A stretch of DNA of 64,000 nucleotides from NCBI GenBank assembly GCA_039804105.1, contig JBDRZU010000001.1:1248001-1312000 (forward strand). Direction: 5' to 3'. Below are positions 31,177 through 41,211 of the stretch, in pieces; the first letter of the stretch is position 1; every line of letters begins with the position of its first letter. A model generated the notes under the pieces. It saw only the letters and a list, made by a program, of their open reading frames with translations. It was not told the DNA's origin and searched no databases. Position numbers and translations under genes: made by a program. This DNA comes from a candidate division WOR-3 bacterium. GTDB taxonomy: Bacteria; Hydrothermota; 32-111.

Positions 31177-31670
31177 TTCAATCAATTTTAGTGCTAACTT
31201 CAATAGCACCTGTTTTGCTAACTTTTTGGTTCAAAAACTTTAGTAAAGATTGGAAACCATTTTCTGGTTTTATTTATTTATTTTTTTCATTTCTTTTGAT
31301 TATTTTGCTTGTTATAATAATTAAAATCGCAAAAAGCAAACTTGAAGTTAAAGAAATTTCTATCAATGAAATTTCTAATGCTGATAATGAAAGTGTTATA
31401 TTTATCTTTACATATCTTATTCCTTTATTAAATATAGATGAACCTTTGGTTTTATTTTTATTAGGTCTAACTTTTGTTATTGTATCAACAACTAATATTT
31501 ATCATTTTAATCCATTTCTTGGTTTGTTGGGTTATCATCAATATAAGATGAAATTACAAGAAGGAATGAGTTTTATTTTGATAACAAAAAAAACATTATA
31601 TAATACAAAACAAATAAAAAAAGTAGTACAATTAACCAATTATATTTTGTTAGAAAGGGAGGAATTATGA
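31161..31670 (+). CDS. kwaA: Kiwa anti-phage membrane protein KwaA-like
   Basis: 4 TMs, FIFTYLIPLL and FNPFLGLLGY motifs; coupled to a KwaB-like gene. Confidence 0.75.
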   Translation: MFSKLIQSILVLTSIAPVLLTFWFKNFSKDWKPFSGFIYLFFSFLLIILLVIIIKIAKSKLEVKEISINEISNADNESVIFIFTYLIPLLNIDEPLVLFLLGLTFVIVSTTNIYHFNPFLGLLGYHQYKMKLQEGMSFILITKKTLYNTKQIKKVVQLTNYILLEREEL

Positions 31671-32518
31671 ATGTTTATGCAGTTTTAAGAGACTCTGATT
31701 CAAATGGTAGCTGCATTATTAAAAGTATTAGTTTAACCCAAAAGTTACAAAAAGAACTGACGGGTTACATTCCTTTTAAAAGTTATGAAGATGAAAACAT
31801 AAAGCAAATTAGATTTTCAGGAGAGTATAAACCAGATGAACAAGAAGTACTTTATATTAACAAATTTTACAATCCTTTTAAAGAGTTTGACTCAATTACT
31901 GATACATTAAATAAAAGTGATATTGATAATATTAAATTTTTAGCTTTTGTAGATAGTCAAAAAATTGCATATCAATCTTTTGACAGTAGAAAAATAATAA
32001 CACCTGAAAAGTGGTTTTTAATATATTCCGATAATACCTATTCTAAAATAGATAAGAAAGGGTTAATAATAGATTCCAGAATCGATGCATTATATTTGAA
32101 AAAGGAAGAGAAATTATTATTTTTTTCTTATCGCAATGCAATAAAAATATTTGATTTAGGAAAATATTATCGAGAAGCAACCGAAGACGAGTTAAATTTG
32201 TTTACAAAAGAAGAAATTTTTATATTTAATGAAGGTTTTGATAAAAATCTATTAAGCTCAAAAATGCGAAAAAAAATTTTTATGATACAAAAAAATGAGA
32301 TCTTAACAAAAATTAAAAATAATTTTAACCAAGTAGTAAATTATGCTAAAAAATTAAACGTTGATGAAATGTTTGACAAAAACAATAAAAAAATCATTTT
32401 TCCAAAAGAAAAGAAAAATATAGAAAAATTATTAAATTTTTTGAATGAGGATTTATACGAATCTCCTATTAGTGGTTTAATATACGAGACAAATTCAAAA
32501 AAATTGGTAACTGAATAG
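31667..32518 (+). CDS. kwaB: Kiwa anti-phage protein KwaB-like (DUF4868)
   Basis: KIFDLGKYYREAT and LLNFLNEDLYESPISGLIYETNSKK C-terminal motif. Confidence 0.78.
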   Translation: MNVYAVLRDSDSNGSCIIKSISLTQKLQKELTGYIPFKSYEDENIKQIRFSGEYKPDEQEVLYINKFYNPFKEFDSITDTLNKSDIDNIKFLAFVDSQKIAYQSFDSRKIITPEKWFLIYSDNTYSKIDKKGLIIDSRIDALYLKKEEKLLFFSYRNAIKIFDLGKYYREATEDELNLFTKEEIFIFNEGFDKNLLSSKMRKKIFMIQKNEILTKIKNNFNQVVNYAKKLNVDEMFDKNNKKIIFPKEKKNIEKLLNFLNEDLYESPISGLIYETNSKKLVTE

Positions 32519-32695
32519 ATTTATTAATTGAACTTTTTTTAACTAAGAAACAACTTTTAACTTTACGATCTATACTTGATTTTATTGAAGTGATATTTTT
32601 AATTAAAGTTGGCTTATGTTGTTAAAAATTGCTTTGTTGGTTTAGAAAAAAGGATAAAGTTGTTTAAAAGTATAAAGATAAAAAGTAAACTATTA

Positions 32696-33595
32696 TTAAT
32701 TTTTAGTACTTGACAAAATATAGTAGATTGAACTTACTTGATTCACGTATGATTCATCTGGATTATATCCATAAAAAATTAATTCAATGTTGTTAAGATC
32801 GATTTTTTTATATAGATCAATTAAAATTTTTAATCCTTCTTTTAAACTTTCTTCATCACTTAAAGGTTTAATCGATTTTACTTGCATAATACCAGTAGTT
32901 CTTGATTTTTTGCTAAAAAAGAAAAACTTATTTTCTAAAATTCTTATAAATTTTGGCCTATTAAAATTTTCATATATCATAATTGAGAGAATAATGTTTT
33001 TTAAGTTAGGATCTTCAATTTCATTTAAAATTTTAGAAAAATTTTTCTTTAATTTTTGTGCCATTTTGATGATGTAATTTTTTTTTACGTAATCATCCCT
33101 TTGGGAAGTAGAATAATTTTTGTAATTAAAAATACTATAAATATATAAAATTATCAATAACCATAATTCATTTGAAAGTGATTTAATATCAGGAATAATT
33201 AGGTTTTTATTTTTCAGAAGTTTAAAATATGTTATTAAAGAAAATAAAATTATTAAAATGTCGTTTAGTATTTCTTTTTTCCAATTCGTTAAGTAAACTC
33301 TATCGAAAAAAAATTTATAAAAAATTCTTAATAGTATATAAAAAACAGAGACAAAATAAATGTTTTCTATTAAAAAATTAAAATTTAATACATAAAAAAA
33401 AGCAGATATTATAAACAAAAAAATTGAAGGACCTAAAATTTTATAGACAAAATTAAAAGCAGGAGAGTAAAATTGATCATTTTCAAAATTTAAAGGTTCA
33501 TAACCATAAAAAGAGGATTTTTTTCCAAAAAAATTTATAAAAAAGAACAATATAAAAGAAAAAATTAAATGAAAAACAATTTTAATAATTACCAT
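32696..33595 (-). CDS. Hypothetical membrane protein
   Basis: N-terminal TMs and a soluble tail (YENFNRP, TTGIMQV, YNP..Y) that may be lysozyme-like; very AT-rich; leaderless promoter. Confidence 0.65.
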   Translation of the reverse strand: MVIIKIVFHLIFSFILFFFINFFGKKSSFYGYEPLNFENDQFYSPAFNFVYKILGPSIFLFIISAFFYVLNFNFLIENIYFVSVFYILLRIFYKFFFDRVYLTNWKKEILNDILIILFSLITYFKLLKNKNLIIPDIKSLSNELWLLIILYIYSIFNYKNYSTSQRDDYVKKNYIIKMAQKLKKNFSKILNEIEDPNLKNIILSIMIYENFNRPKFIRILENKFFFFSKKSRTTGIMQVKSIKPLSDEESLKEGLKILIDLYKKIDLNNIELIFYGYNPDESYVNQVSSIYYILSSTKN

Positions 33596-33709
33596 ATTAA
33601 AAATTTTAATAGATTTTTTTTAAAGTTCAAGATACTGATTAAAAATATTATTATAAGGAAGGTTTTTGAAAAAATATGTGATATCTTTCATTTTAGTTGT
33701 TAACTTTCA

Positions 33710-33732
33710 GGGACGGTGCTTGACTTTTTGAC
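33710..33732 (-). repeat. Island repeat R5
   Basis: GGGACGGTGCTTGACTTTTTGAC. Confidence 0.95.
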
Positions 33733-33971
33733 ATTTTTGGGGTAATGCTGAAAAAATAATAACTTAAAGGAAATAGGAGATAACTGAAAATTATTGTTTT
33801 GTCAGATTAAAATATCTGACATGCTTTATGAAAAACTTTATCAATTATTTCAGAAACGAGAGGTATTTTTTTAGATTAATTTGTTTTGATTTATACTAAA
33901 ATAAATTTTTAAGAACAAAATTTTTTATTTTATTAATTGACAAAATAAAAATTCTAATTAAATTATCACTA

Positions 33972-34394
33972 ATGAATTTTATTAATTTAATTAAAATTCA
34001 AAAAAATAACATAGAAATCATTTTACCCCTTGTTTTTGAAAAAAATAAAATTGAATTAAAAGAGAAATTCCAATCTATCTTGGAAACAGAGAATTTTAAT
34101 GTTTTTTGGATTAAAGAAATATTTAAAAACTACAGGGAATTAAAAGTTTTTTTAGAAGAAAAAAATTACAACTTTAAAACAGAAATAAGTATAAATTTTA
34201 AGAAAACAGAGTTTAAAAATAGAACTTATTTTGTAACAATATACAGGACAAGTTTGGTAGGTTTTTCTTCTTTTAATTTTGAAGGGTTTTTGTTAAATGT
34301 TGGAGAAAATTATGATATTGTTAAATGGCTTATAAAATGTAATAAACCTTTCAAAAGAAGGAGGGAGCAAAATGGTTTTTTCCAAAAGATGTAA
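33972..34394 (+). CDS. Hypothetical protein
   Basis: ORF preceded by TTGACA-16-TAAATT 7 nt before ATG. Confidence 0.55.
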   Translation: MNFINLIKIQKNNIEIILPLVFEKNKIELKEKFQSILETENFNVFWIKEIFKNYRELKVFLEEKNYNFKTEISINFKKTEFKNRTYFVTIYRTSLVGFSSFNFEGFLLNVGENYDIVKWLIKCNKPFKRRREQNGFFQKM

Positions 34395-35229
34395 AAATTT
34401 AATTGGTTTAAGAAACCTGGAATTAGAATTTAATGAAACAATCAGGAATAGAATTTATAAGCTAATGGAAAAATTTAATTTAAGTCTAGAAAGAGTTACA
34501 GAAAGTAATTATAATTATGTAATTTATTGTTTTGATGAATTAGTTGAAAATATTAAATACACTTATGGTATTATTGAAAATAATATTGATATAAAAAATA
34601 TCATACATGATTCATCGACTTACTATCTATTTGATATAGTTGAATTATTTTATAATGTTTTAAAAGAGAAAAATGAAGAAAATAATTTTGAGAAAAGGTT
34701 TAATGAAATAATGAAAGAAGAAAAACTTCCATGGATAATGTCAGAGGGAGAAATAATTCAGATATCTTCTATATATCATCAAGAAGTAATCCTGAAACCT
34801 TTAATTTCTTTGTTAAACAAAAGTAAATTTAAAGGTGCAGAAGAGGAACTTATAGAATCATTAAAATTTTTGACAGGAGGAGAATATAAAGAAGCAATAA
34901 ACAATGCCTGGAAAGCAACAGAAAGTATTATTAAGTGTATTACAAAAACCCCAGAAGCAAAACCTGGAGAACTTATTGAAAAAATTAGTAAAATGGATTT
35001 TATTCCAATTGAGTTACAAAAATCGATAGATGACTTTATTTCTGGAGTTTCTTGTTTAAGAAGTTTTAGTGGTTCAGTTCATGGACAGGGAGAGAAAAAT
35101 ATTGATATACCTCAAAATTTTGCAGAATTAGTTATTAATGTAAACGCTACTCTAATGTTATATTTGATAAAAAGTTATAATGATAAAAAAGAAGAAAAAG
35201 AAAAAATAAAAGAAGATATTACTTTTTGA
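34372..35229 (+). CDS. AbiJ-like protein with Abi_C/HEPN C-terminal domain
   Basis: EAINNAWKATESIIK...LRSFSGSVHGQG...FAELVIN HEPN-like pattern; SD GGAGG. Confidence 0.7.
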   Translation: MVFSKRCKNLIGLRNLELEFNETIRNRIYKLMEKFNLSLERVTESNYNYVIYCFDELVENIKYTYGIIENNIDIKNIIHDSSTYYLFDIVELFYNVLKEKNEENNFEKRFNEIMKEEKLPWIMSEGEIIQISSIYHQEVILKPLISLLNKSKFKGAEEELIESLKFLTGGEYKEAINNAWKATESIIKCITKTPEAKPGELIEKISKMDFIPIELQKSIDDFISGVSCLRSFSGSVHGQGEKNIDIPQNFAELVINVNATLMLYLIKSYNDKKEEKEKIKEDITF

Positions 35230-35245
35230 TAAAAGGGGGGATAAG

Positions 35246-35806
35246 TTGAAGGCAAAAGTCAAAAAATTTTTCGTTTTTTTTGTTGTTTCATTTATTTTAA
35301 TTATTTTTTTTATTGTTTCTATAATTAATTTTCGTTTTTTTATTAAACATCTTCAGATTATAAAAGATTTTCTAACAGTGCTTCAACTATTAACAATAAT
35401 TATAATTTCAATTTTTTCTGCCTGGTGGACATATAAAACTTTTGGTGAAAAAGAAAGAAGAGAAGAGATAAGAAAAATCAAAAAAACAATCATGGATTCT
35501 CTTATAAGAGTAGTGAATTATATTGAAACTACTAAATTAGTCGAGAAAAAAAATAAAGATTTACCGGGCTTTCCCTTTAAATGTAGAATGGAACTAAGAA
35601 ATTTAATAGTTCCAATTTTTATTGAATTAGAGACATTGGTTTATTTTGATAAAAATAAAAAAGAAAAATTGAAAAATGAACTTTTTACAATTGCTTCTTA
35701 TGAAAATGTTAAAGATTATATAATTGATGAAAGAAAAGATGTTAAACTTGAAGAGAATAATCCCATAGTCCAAAAATTTGAAGAATGGATTAGATTAATA
35801 AATTAG
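35246..35806 (+). CDS. Hypothetical protein with two N-terminal TMs
   Basis: TTG start after GGGGG SD; hydrophobic N-terminus. Confidence 0.6.
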   Translation: MKAKVKKFFVFFVVSFILIIFFIVSIINFRFFIKHLQIIKDFLTVLQLLTIIIISIFSAWWTYKTFGEKERREEIRKIKKTIMDSLIRVVNYIETTKLVEKKNKDLPGFPFKCRMELRNLIVPIFIELETLVYFDKNKKEKLKNELFTIASYENVKDYIIDERKDVKLEENNPIVQKFEEWIRLIN

Positions 35807-35832
35807 GTCTTTTTTGGAGGATTATGTCCTTC

Positions 35833-35856
35833 GGGGACGGTGCTTGACTTTTTGAC
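35833..35856 (-). repeat. Island repeat R6
   Basis: Exact 24-mer (reverse complement). Confidence 0.95.
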
Positions 35857-35901
35857 ATTTTTATAATACTATCGATAAAACAATAACTTAAAGGAGGGGT
35901 G

Positions 35902-37122
35902 ATGGAGAAAAATTTTATCGTTTGTCCCAAATGTAAAACAGAGATTGATGTTAATGAAGTTTTGTATTCACAGATTGAGGAGAGTTTAAAAAAAGATTTT
36001 GAAGCAAGATTAAAAGAGAAAGAAGAAAAGTTGAAAAAAGAATTTGAAAATCTCCAGAAAGCACAAGAAGATTTTGAAAAAAAGATAAAAGAAAAGGTGG
36101 AAGAAAAATTAATTGCTGAAAAAAAGGAACTTGAAAAGAAAATAAAAAAGGACTATGAGGTTGAATATTCTTCACAGATTGAAGAGTTTAAAAAAACACT
36201 TGAAGAAAAATCAAATCAAGTAAAAGAGTTGAATAAAACGAAAGCGGAGATAGAAAGGTTAAAGAGAGAAAAAGAGGAGTTAAGAGATCAAATAATACTT
36301 GAAAAAGAAAAAGAATTGAATGAGAAATTGAGAGCAGAAAGAGAAAGAATAAGAAAAACTATTGAAGAAGATATTTATATGAAAATGAAAGAAAAAGATA
36401 AACTTATTGAGGATTTAAAAAAAGAAATAGAAAATGCAAAAAGAAAAGCGGAACAGGGCTCAGTGCAAATTCAAGGAGAGGTTCAGGAACTTGAAATAGA
36501 AAAAATTTTGAAAGAAAATTTTCCAGATGACAAAATTGAGCCAATTGAGAAAGGGAAAAGTGGAGCAGATGTGTTGCAAATAATAATTGAGAAAGGAAGG
36601 CAAATTGGAAAGATATATTATGAAAGTAAAAGAACAAAAACTTTTGGTAAAGATTGGATAAAAAAACTAAAAGAAGATAATCTTGAAAAGAAAGCAGATC
36701 TTCTTGTGTTGGTTACAGATGCATTTCCTGATGGGCATAAGAATTTCTTCAACATGGAAGGTGTCTGGGTATGTTCGCTTGAAGAGTTAAAACCGCTTGC
36801 GATGATTTTAAGGCATATGCTGGTTCAAATCAATTTACAGAAGAATATTCAAAGCAATCGAAAAGAAAAAGCAGAAATTTTGTATGATTATATAACAAGC
36901 AATGAGTTTAAAAATCAATTTGAAGCAATTGTGAACGGTTTTGTTGAACTAAAAAAAGGGTATGATGATGAAAAATTGAAAATGCAAAAAATCTGGAAAG
37001 AAAGAGAGAAACAACTTGAAATGATACTTTCAAATGCTGCTGGTTTATATGGATCTTTTAAAGGTTATCTTGGCGGTTCAATGAAAGAGATAAAGTTATT
37101 GGAAAGTGAAGAGAAAAAATAA
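35902..37122 (+). CDS. DUF2130 family protein (coiled coil plus PD-(D/E)XK-like nuclease)
   Basis: CPKC, coiled coil, QGEVQELEIE, GADVLQ, YESKRTK. Confidence 0.85.
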   Translation: MEKNFIVCPKCKTEIDVNEVLYSQIEESLKKDFEARLKEKEEKLKKEFENLQKAQEDFEKKIKEKVEEKLIAEKKELEKKIKKDYEVEYSSQIEEFKKTLEEKSNQVKELNKTKAEIERLKREKEELRDQIILEKEKELNEKLRAERERIRKTIEEDIYMKMKEKDKLIEDLKKEIENAKRKAEQGSVQIQGEVQELEIEKILKENFPDDKIEPIEKGKSGADVLQIIIEKGRQIGKIYYESKRTKTFGKDWIKKLKEDNLEKKADLLVLVTDAFPDGHKNFFNMEGVWVCSLEELKPLAMILRHMLVQINLQKNIQSNRKEKAEILYDYITSNEFKNQFEAIVNGFVELKKGYDDEKLKMQKIWKEREKQLEMILSNAAGLYGSFKGYLGGSMKEIKLLESEEKK

Positions 37123-37154
37123 AAAAATTATTAAATTATAGAATTTGTAAAATT

Positions 37155-37178
37155 GGGGACGGTGCTTGACTTTTTGAC
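37155..37178 (-). repeat. Island repeat R7
   Basis: Exact 24-mer (reverse complement). Confidence 0.95.
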
Positions 37179-37233
37179 ATTTTTGAAATAATAATGAAAA
37201 TTTTTAAACAAAGACAAAAAGACAAATAAAAAA

Positions 37234-38361
37234 TTATACTGCCAAACTTGAAAGGTACTCTCCTGCTGGAATAATTTTTATTCCATCTTTTTTTAATTCA
37301 TATTTTAGATTATGAACGAGTTGAATATATTCTAATTGAGGAAACAACTTTTTAAAATATAATAAATTTTTATCAGGATTATCATCTGAAAGTTTTACTT
37401 CAACCATTTGAATAATTTTGTTGTTTTCAGTTATTACAAAATCAATTTCTTTTTTTTCTTTTGTCCTTATGTAATGAAGTTGAAGATCTTTGCCTTCTGA
37501 GTCCTGTAAAAATTGGCAATGTTTCAAAAGTGAAACAGCAACAGTGTTTTCAAGTTTTAAACCATCATCTTTGTCAATAAAACCGGAGTCAAAAAAATAA
37601 ACTTTTGGTTCTTTTAAAATTGAACGAGAAATATTTTTATGAAAAGGTCTTATTAGGAAAATTATATTCAATGCTTCAAGAATAAAAATGTATTTTTTGA
37701 CTGTGTTTACAGAAATCTGTAAATCCTGAGCAAGAGATGAATAAGAAATTGGGGAACCAACTCTATCTTTGAGTAAATACAAAAGAGTTTTAATCGATCT
37801 TATTTCGAGAATTTTTGCAAAATCAAGGACATCTGTAGTTATTATATCTGAATAATATTCTTTTCTCCATCTTTGAGATTCTGTTTCTGAGTCAGAAAGA
37901 AAAGGTTCAGGAAAACCACCAAATTTGTTTAATTTTTCTACAGCATCATAAGGTTTTAAAATATGTTGAAGTTCTTTTACTGAAAATGGAAAAAGATGAT
38001 ATAAATAATATCTTCCTGCGAGTGAATCACCTGTGTGTTTAAAGATGTCAAGTTTTGCACTACCAGTTATTAAAAGTTTCTGTTTTTTTTCTTTTGTATC
38101 ATAGACACCTTTTAGATAGTTTTTCCACTTTTCAAGTTTTTGAATTTCATCTAAAACGACGAGTTGAGTATCAAGTGTCCATTCCTTGTTTAGAATAGTT
38201 CTTTTATCTTTTATATCGTCAAAATTTAAATAAATGCTCTTTTGGAAATTTTTTAAAATCTCCTTTGAAAGATAAGTTTTTCCAACTTGACGTGGTCCAG
38301 TTAAAATGACCATCTTTTTATTCAAATCTTTTAAAATAAATCGTTGCAAATACCTTTCCAT
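37234..38361 (-). CDS. AAA+ ATPase with DUF4143 C-terminal domain (copy 1)
   Basis: GPRQVGKT, LDEIQ, TGSA, GGFPE, KVYFFDSG, EIDF...EVK; start set at MERY by comparison with copy 2. Confidence 0.9.
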   Translation of the reverse strand: MERYLQRFILKDLNKKMVILTGPRQVGKTYLSKEILKNFQKSIYLNFDDIKDKRTILNKEWTLDTQLVVLDEIQKLEKWKNYLKGVYDTKEKKQKLLITGSAKLDIFKHTGDSLAGRYYLYHLFPFSVKELQHILKPYDAVEKLNKFGGFPEPFLSDSETESQRWRKEYYSDIITTDVLDFAKILEIRSIKTLLYLLKDRVGSPISYSSLAQDLQISVNTVKKYIFILEALNIIFLIRPFHKNISRSILKEPKVYFFDSGFIDKDDGLKLENTVAVSLLKHCQFLQDSEGKDLQLHYIRTKEKKEIDFVITENNKIIQMVEVKLSDDNPDKNLLYFKKLFPQLEYIQLVHNLKYELKKDGIKIIPAGEYLSSLAV

Positions 38362-38464
38362 ATTAACTAATATAGAATACTTTGCAAAAAAGTCAAGATT
38401 ATTTTGCAAAGAACTGCAAAAAAGTCAAGATTATAAATTGTTTATAAATAAAAAATTTTATTTC

Positions 38465-38488
38465 GGGGACGGTGCTTGACTTTTTGAC
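38465..38488 (-). repeat. Island repeat R8
   Basis: Exact 24-mer (reverse complement). Confidence 0.95.
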
Positions 38489-38563
38489 ATTTTTGGGAAT
38501 AAGCAGTTGAAAATGCTTATCAATAAAGGAGTTTGAGAGTTTTGGAAACAAGGATAAGAAACT

Positions 38564-38592
38564 AAAAAAAGGGGTAATTTTTGCCCCTTTTT
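38564..38592 (-). terminator. Rho-independent terminator of LVIVD gene 2
   Basis: AAAAAGGGGC...CCCC hairpin plus T tract on the minus strand. Confidence 0.75.
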
Positions 38593-38636
38593 ATTGTGGA
38601 TGACAAATATTTAAAAGTTTTCTAAACCTGTAGATA

Positions 38637-41066
38637 TTATTTTATCACAAAAACTTTTTTGTTTATCTTAGTATCTCCATCTTTTAGTTTAACAAAATAA
38701 ATACCTGATGGAAGTTGATCGAACTTATAATAATGTGTCCCTATTTTTTTATTTTTCTCTTTATATATTTGGTTGCCCATCAGGTCGTATATTTCGAACT
38801 CATTTTCAAAATTTGATACAGAATAGCAAATACCTTTCAAATCAATCTCTAATTTTTTTACTTTTTGATCACGATTTTTTATATCGTTTATACTCCATGT
38901 GTTTATTGTAAATGTATCAATTTGGTTTGATGTTGTAACATTATCGAAACTATCAACTGCTTCAACATACCAGAAATATATACCATCTGGTAATGGAATA
39001 GGTTCGGTATATGTAGTATCTGTCGTAGTTGCAATTAAATTATCATAAGAATATACTCGATATTCTTTAAAGTGAGCATCGGTTGATTTATGCCAGATAT
39101 ATGTTGGAGTGTTATCGGTAATTTCTCCTGATGGAGATATGAGATCAAATTTGGTTGGTGGAACAAAATCTGAACTTAATATATAAAACCCAGTAGTTCC
39201 ATTTGCAAGATAAATATAATCGTTGTTTACAAAAACTTCGTAACATTCTCCATAGGTGTTATAATAACCTACTTCTTTTGGAAAATATGGATTTGAGACA
39301 TCTATGACTCTGACTCCATAATCAAAATCAGCAACATAAGCGTAATTGCCTTCAACATAAACACTATGAGCTATTCCATCTGTATCATAATATCCAACCT
39401 CAACCGGATTTGCTGGATCCGTTACATTTATTATTCTTAAGCCACTGTAAAAATCAGCAACATAAGCATAGTTACCTGAAACATAGACACCATAAGCACC
39501 ACCTGGTGTATCATAATAACCGACTTCAACAGGGCTTGATGGATTTGATATATCTATAATTCTTAACCCATTTAAAAAACCAGCAAGATAAGCATGGTTG
39601 CCTGAAACATAAACATCGTAAGTCCACCCAGGAGGAACAATTGAACCAACCTGTGTAGGATTTGAAGGATTTGAGATATTAATTATTCTAAGTCCATAAG
39701 AACCATCAGCAAGATATAAATAATTTCCATCTACAAAAAGTTTCGAAGCATAAACAGAAGACTGGAAAGATCCGACCTCTACTGGATTAATAGGATTTGT
39801 GATATTTATTACTCTTAAACCTTTATAGTTATCAGCTACATAGGCATAATTGCTAAAAATATGTACACCTGTTGCATAACCTGGAGTATCACAGTTTCCA
39901 AGTTTTACAGGGTTTGAAGGGTTTGAGATATCAATTATCTGTAGACCATCATCACCACTTGCAATGTATGCATAATTTCCACTTATATATAAACCCTCTG
40001 CGATTCCTGTGCTAATAAAATTTGATATTTCGACAGGATTTGAAATGTTTGAAACATCAATTATTTTCAATCCAGAACTTCCATCTGCAAGGTAAACATA
40101 ATTGTTTAAAACAAAAATTCCCTGAGATTCTCCAGAAGTGTTATATGAACTTGTTAATCCTGGTGATGCGGGATTTGAAACATTGATTATTTTTAGTCCA
40201 TTTGTGTCATCTGCAAGATAGGCGTAATTACCAATAACATAGACATCCATAGCATTAAAACTGCTAAAAACACCAGATTCAACTGGTGTTGTGGGATCAA
40301 CTATATTGATTATTCTAAGACCTCCATTTTTATCTGCAATGTATGCATAATTTCCAGAGACATACACTCCATTAGCATCACCAGGTGTATTATAAGAACC
40401 GATTATATATGGGGAAATGGGGTTAGTTATATTAATAATTTTTAATCCTTCGGTTCCAGATGCAACATAAGCATAATTACCCGAAACATAAAGTGCTCTT
40501 GCAATACCAGGAATAATACATGAACCTTTTTCCTGTGGATTTGAAGGATTTGAAACATCTAATATATGTAAACCTGTTAAACTGTCAAGAATATAAGTAT
40601 AACTTGCAACAACAAAAACTGTCCGGATATCGTTTAAAGAATATGTGGTTATTAACGATGGTTTTTTTGGATCTGAAACATCAACAATTTTTAAGCCGTT
40701 TGTTCCATTTGCAACATAAGCATAATTACCTGAAACAAAAATGTCTATTGCTGATGTAGAAAAATCTATATAACCTGTCAATTCTGGATTTGCTTTGTTG
40801 GATATGTTCAATATCACAAGATTATTTCCCATACCTGCATAAGCAAAAGTATCAACAACAAAAACATCATAAGTTTCTCCAAAATATGGTATCCTTCCAA
40901 CTCCTCTGATATTCAAACTATCAGAAGCCCAAAAAGGTGAATAGTCCCATAATGTTCTTTGTTGTTTTTCTGTAGTTGTGTTGAACTCTTGAAAAGGTAT
41001 TTTAATTTTGGAAAACAGGTTCAGTCCAAGGAAAAGAATTATAACAAACAAAAAGAATCTTTTCAT
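38637..41066 (-). CDS. Secreted LVIVD-repeat beta-propeller protein with T9SS-like C-terminal domain (paralog of 20096..23872)
   Basis: Signal peptide; shared WAxDSLN.RG.GR.PYFG cap; 14 diverged repeats; ISPSG.ITDNTPTY domain; GIYFVK tail. Confidence 0.85.
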   Translation of the reverse strand: MKRFFLFVIILFLGLNLFSKIKIPFQEFNTTTEKQQRTLWDYSPFWASDSLNIRGVGRIPYFGETYDVFVVDTFAYAGMGNNLVILNISNKANPELTGYIDFSTSAIDIFVSGNYAYVANGTNGLKIVDVSDPKKPSLITTYSLNDIRTVFVVASYTYILDSLTGLHILDVSNPSNPQEKGSCIIPGIARALYVSGNYAYVASGTEGLKIINITNPISPYIIGSYNTPGDANGVYVSGNYAYIADKNGGLRIINIVDPTTPVESGVFSSFNAMDVYVIGNYAYLADDTNGLKIINVSNPASPGLTSSYNTSGESQGIFVLNNYVYLADGSSGLKIIDVSNISNPVEISNFISTGIAEGLYISGNYAYIASGDDGLQIIDISNPSNPVKLGNCDTPGYATGVHIFSNYAYVADNYKGLRVINITNPINPVEVGSFQSSVYASKLFVDGNYLYLADGSYGLRIINISNPSNPTQVGSIVPPGWTYDVYVSGNHAYLAGFLNGLRIIDISNPSSPVEVGYYDTPGGAYGVYVSGNYAYVADFYSGLRIINVTDPANPVEVGYYDTDGIAHSVYVEGNYAYVADFDYGVRVIDVSNPYFPKEVGYYNTYGECYEVFVNNDYIYLANGTTGFYILSSDFVPPTKFDLISPSGEITDNTPTYIWHKSTDAHFKEYRVYSYDNLIATTTDTTYTEPIPLPDGIYFWYVEAVDSFDNVTTSNQIDTFTINTWSINDIKNRDQKVKKLEIDLKGICYSVSNFENEFEIYDLMGNQIYKEKNKKIGTHYYKFDQLPSGIYFVKLKDGDTKINKKVFVIK

Positions 41067-41172
41067 ATTTCCTCCAGAATATGTTTCAAATTGTTTGAAA
41101 TAATTTTTTCATGATTTCTCCCTGAGTTTTATTGTAATAAAAGCAAAAAAATTTTCAATATTTTTCAATTTT

Positions 41173-41196
41173 GGGGACGGTGCTTGACTTTTTGAC
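41173..41196 (-). repeat. Island repeat R9
   Basis: Exact 24-mer (reverse complement). Confidence 0.95.
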
Positions 41197-41211
41197 ATTT
41201 TTTAAGTATAT

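Noticed and set aside
38362..38409. 16-aa N-terminal extension of ATPase copy 1 given by the ORF track
   Set aside because: Overlaps the promoter; copy 2 starts at the equivalent MERY.
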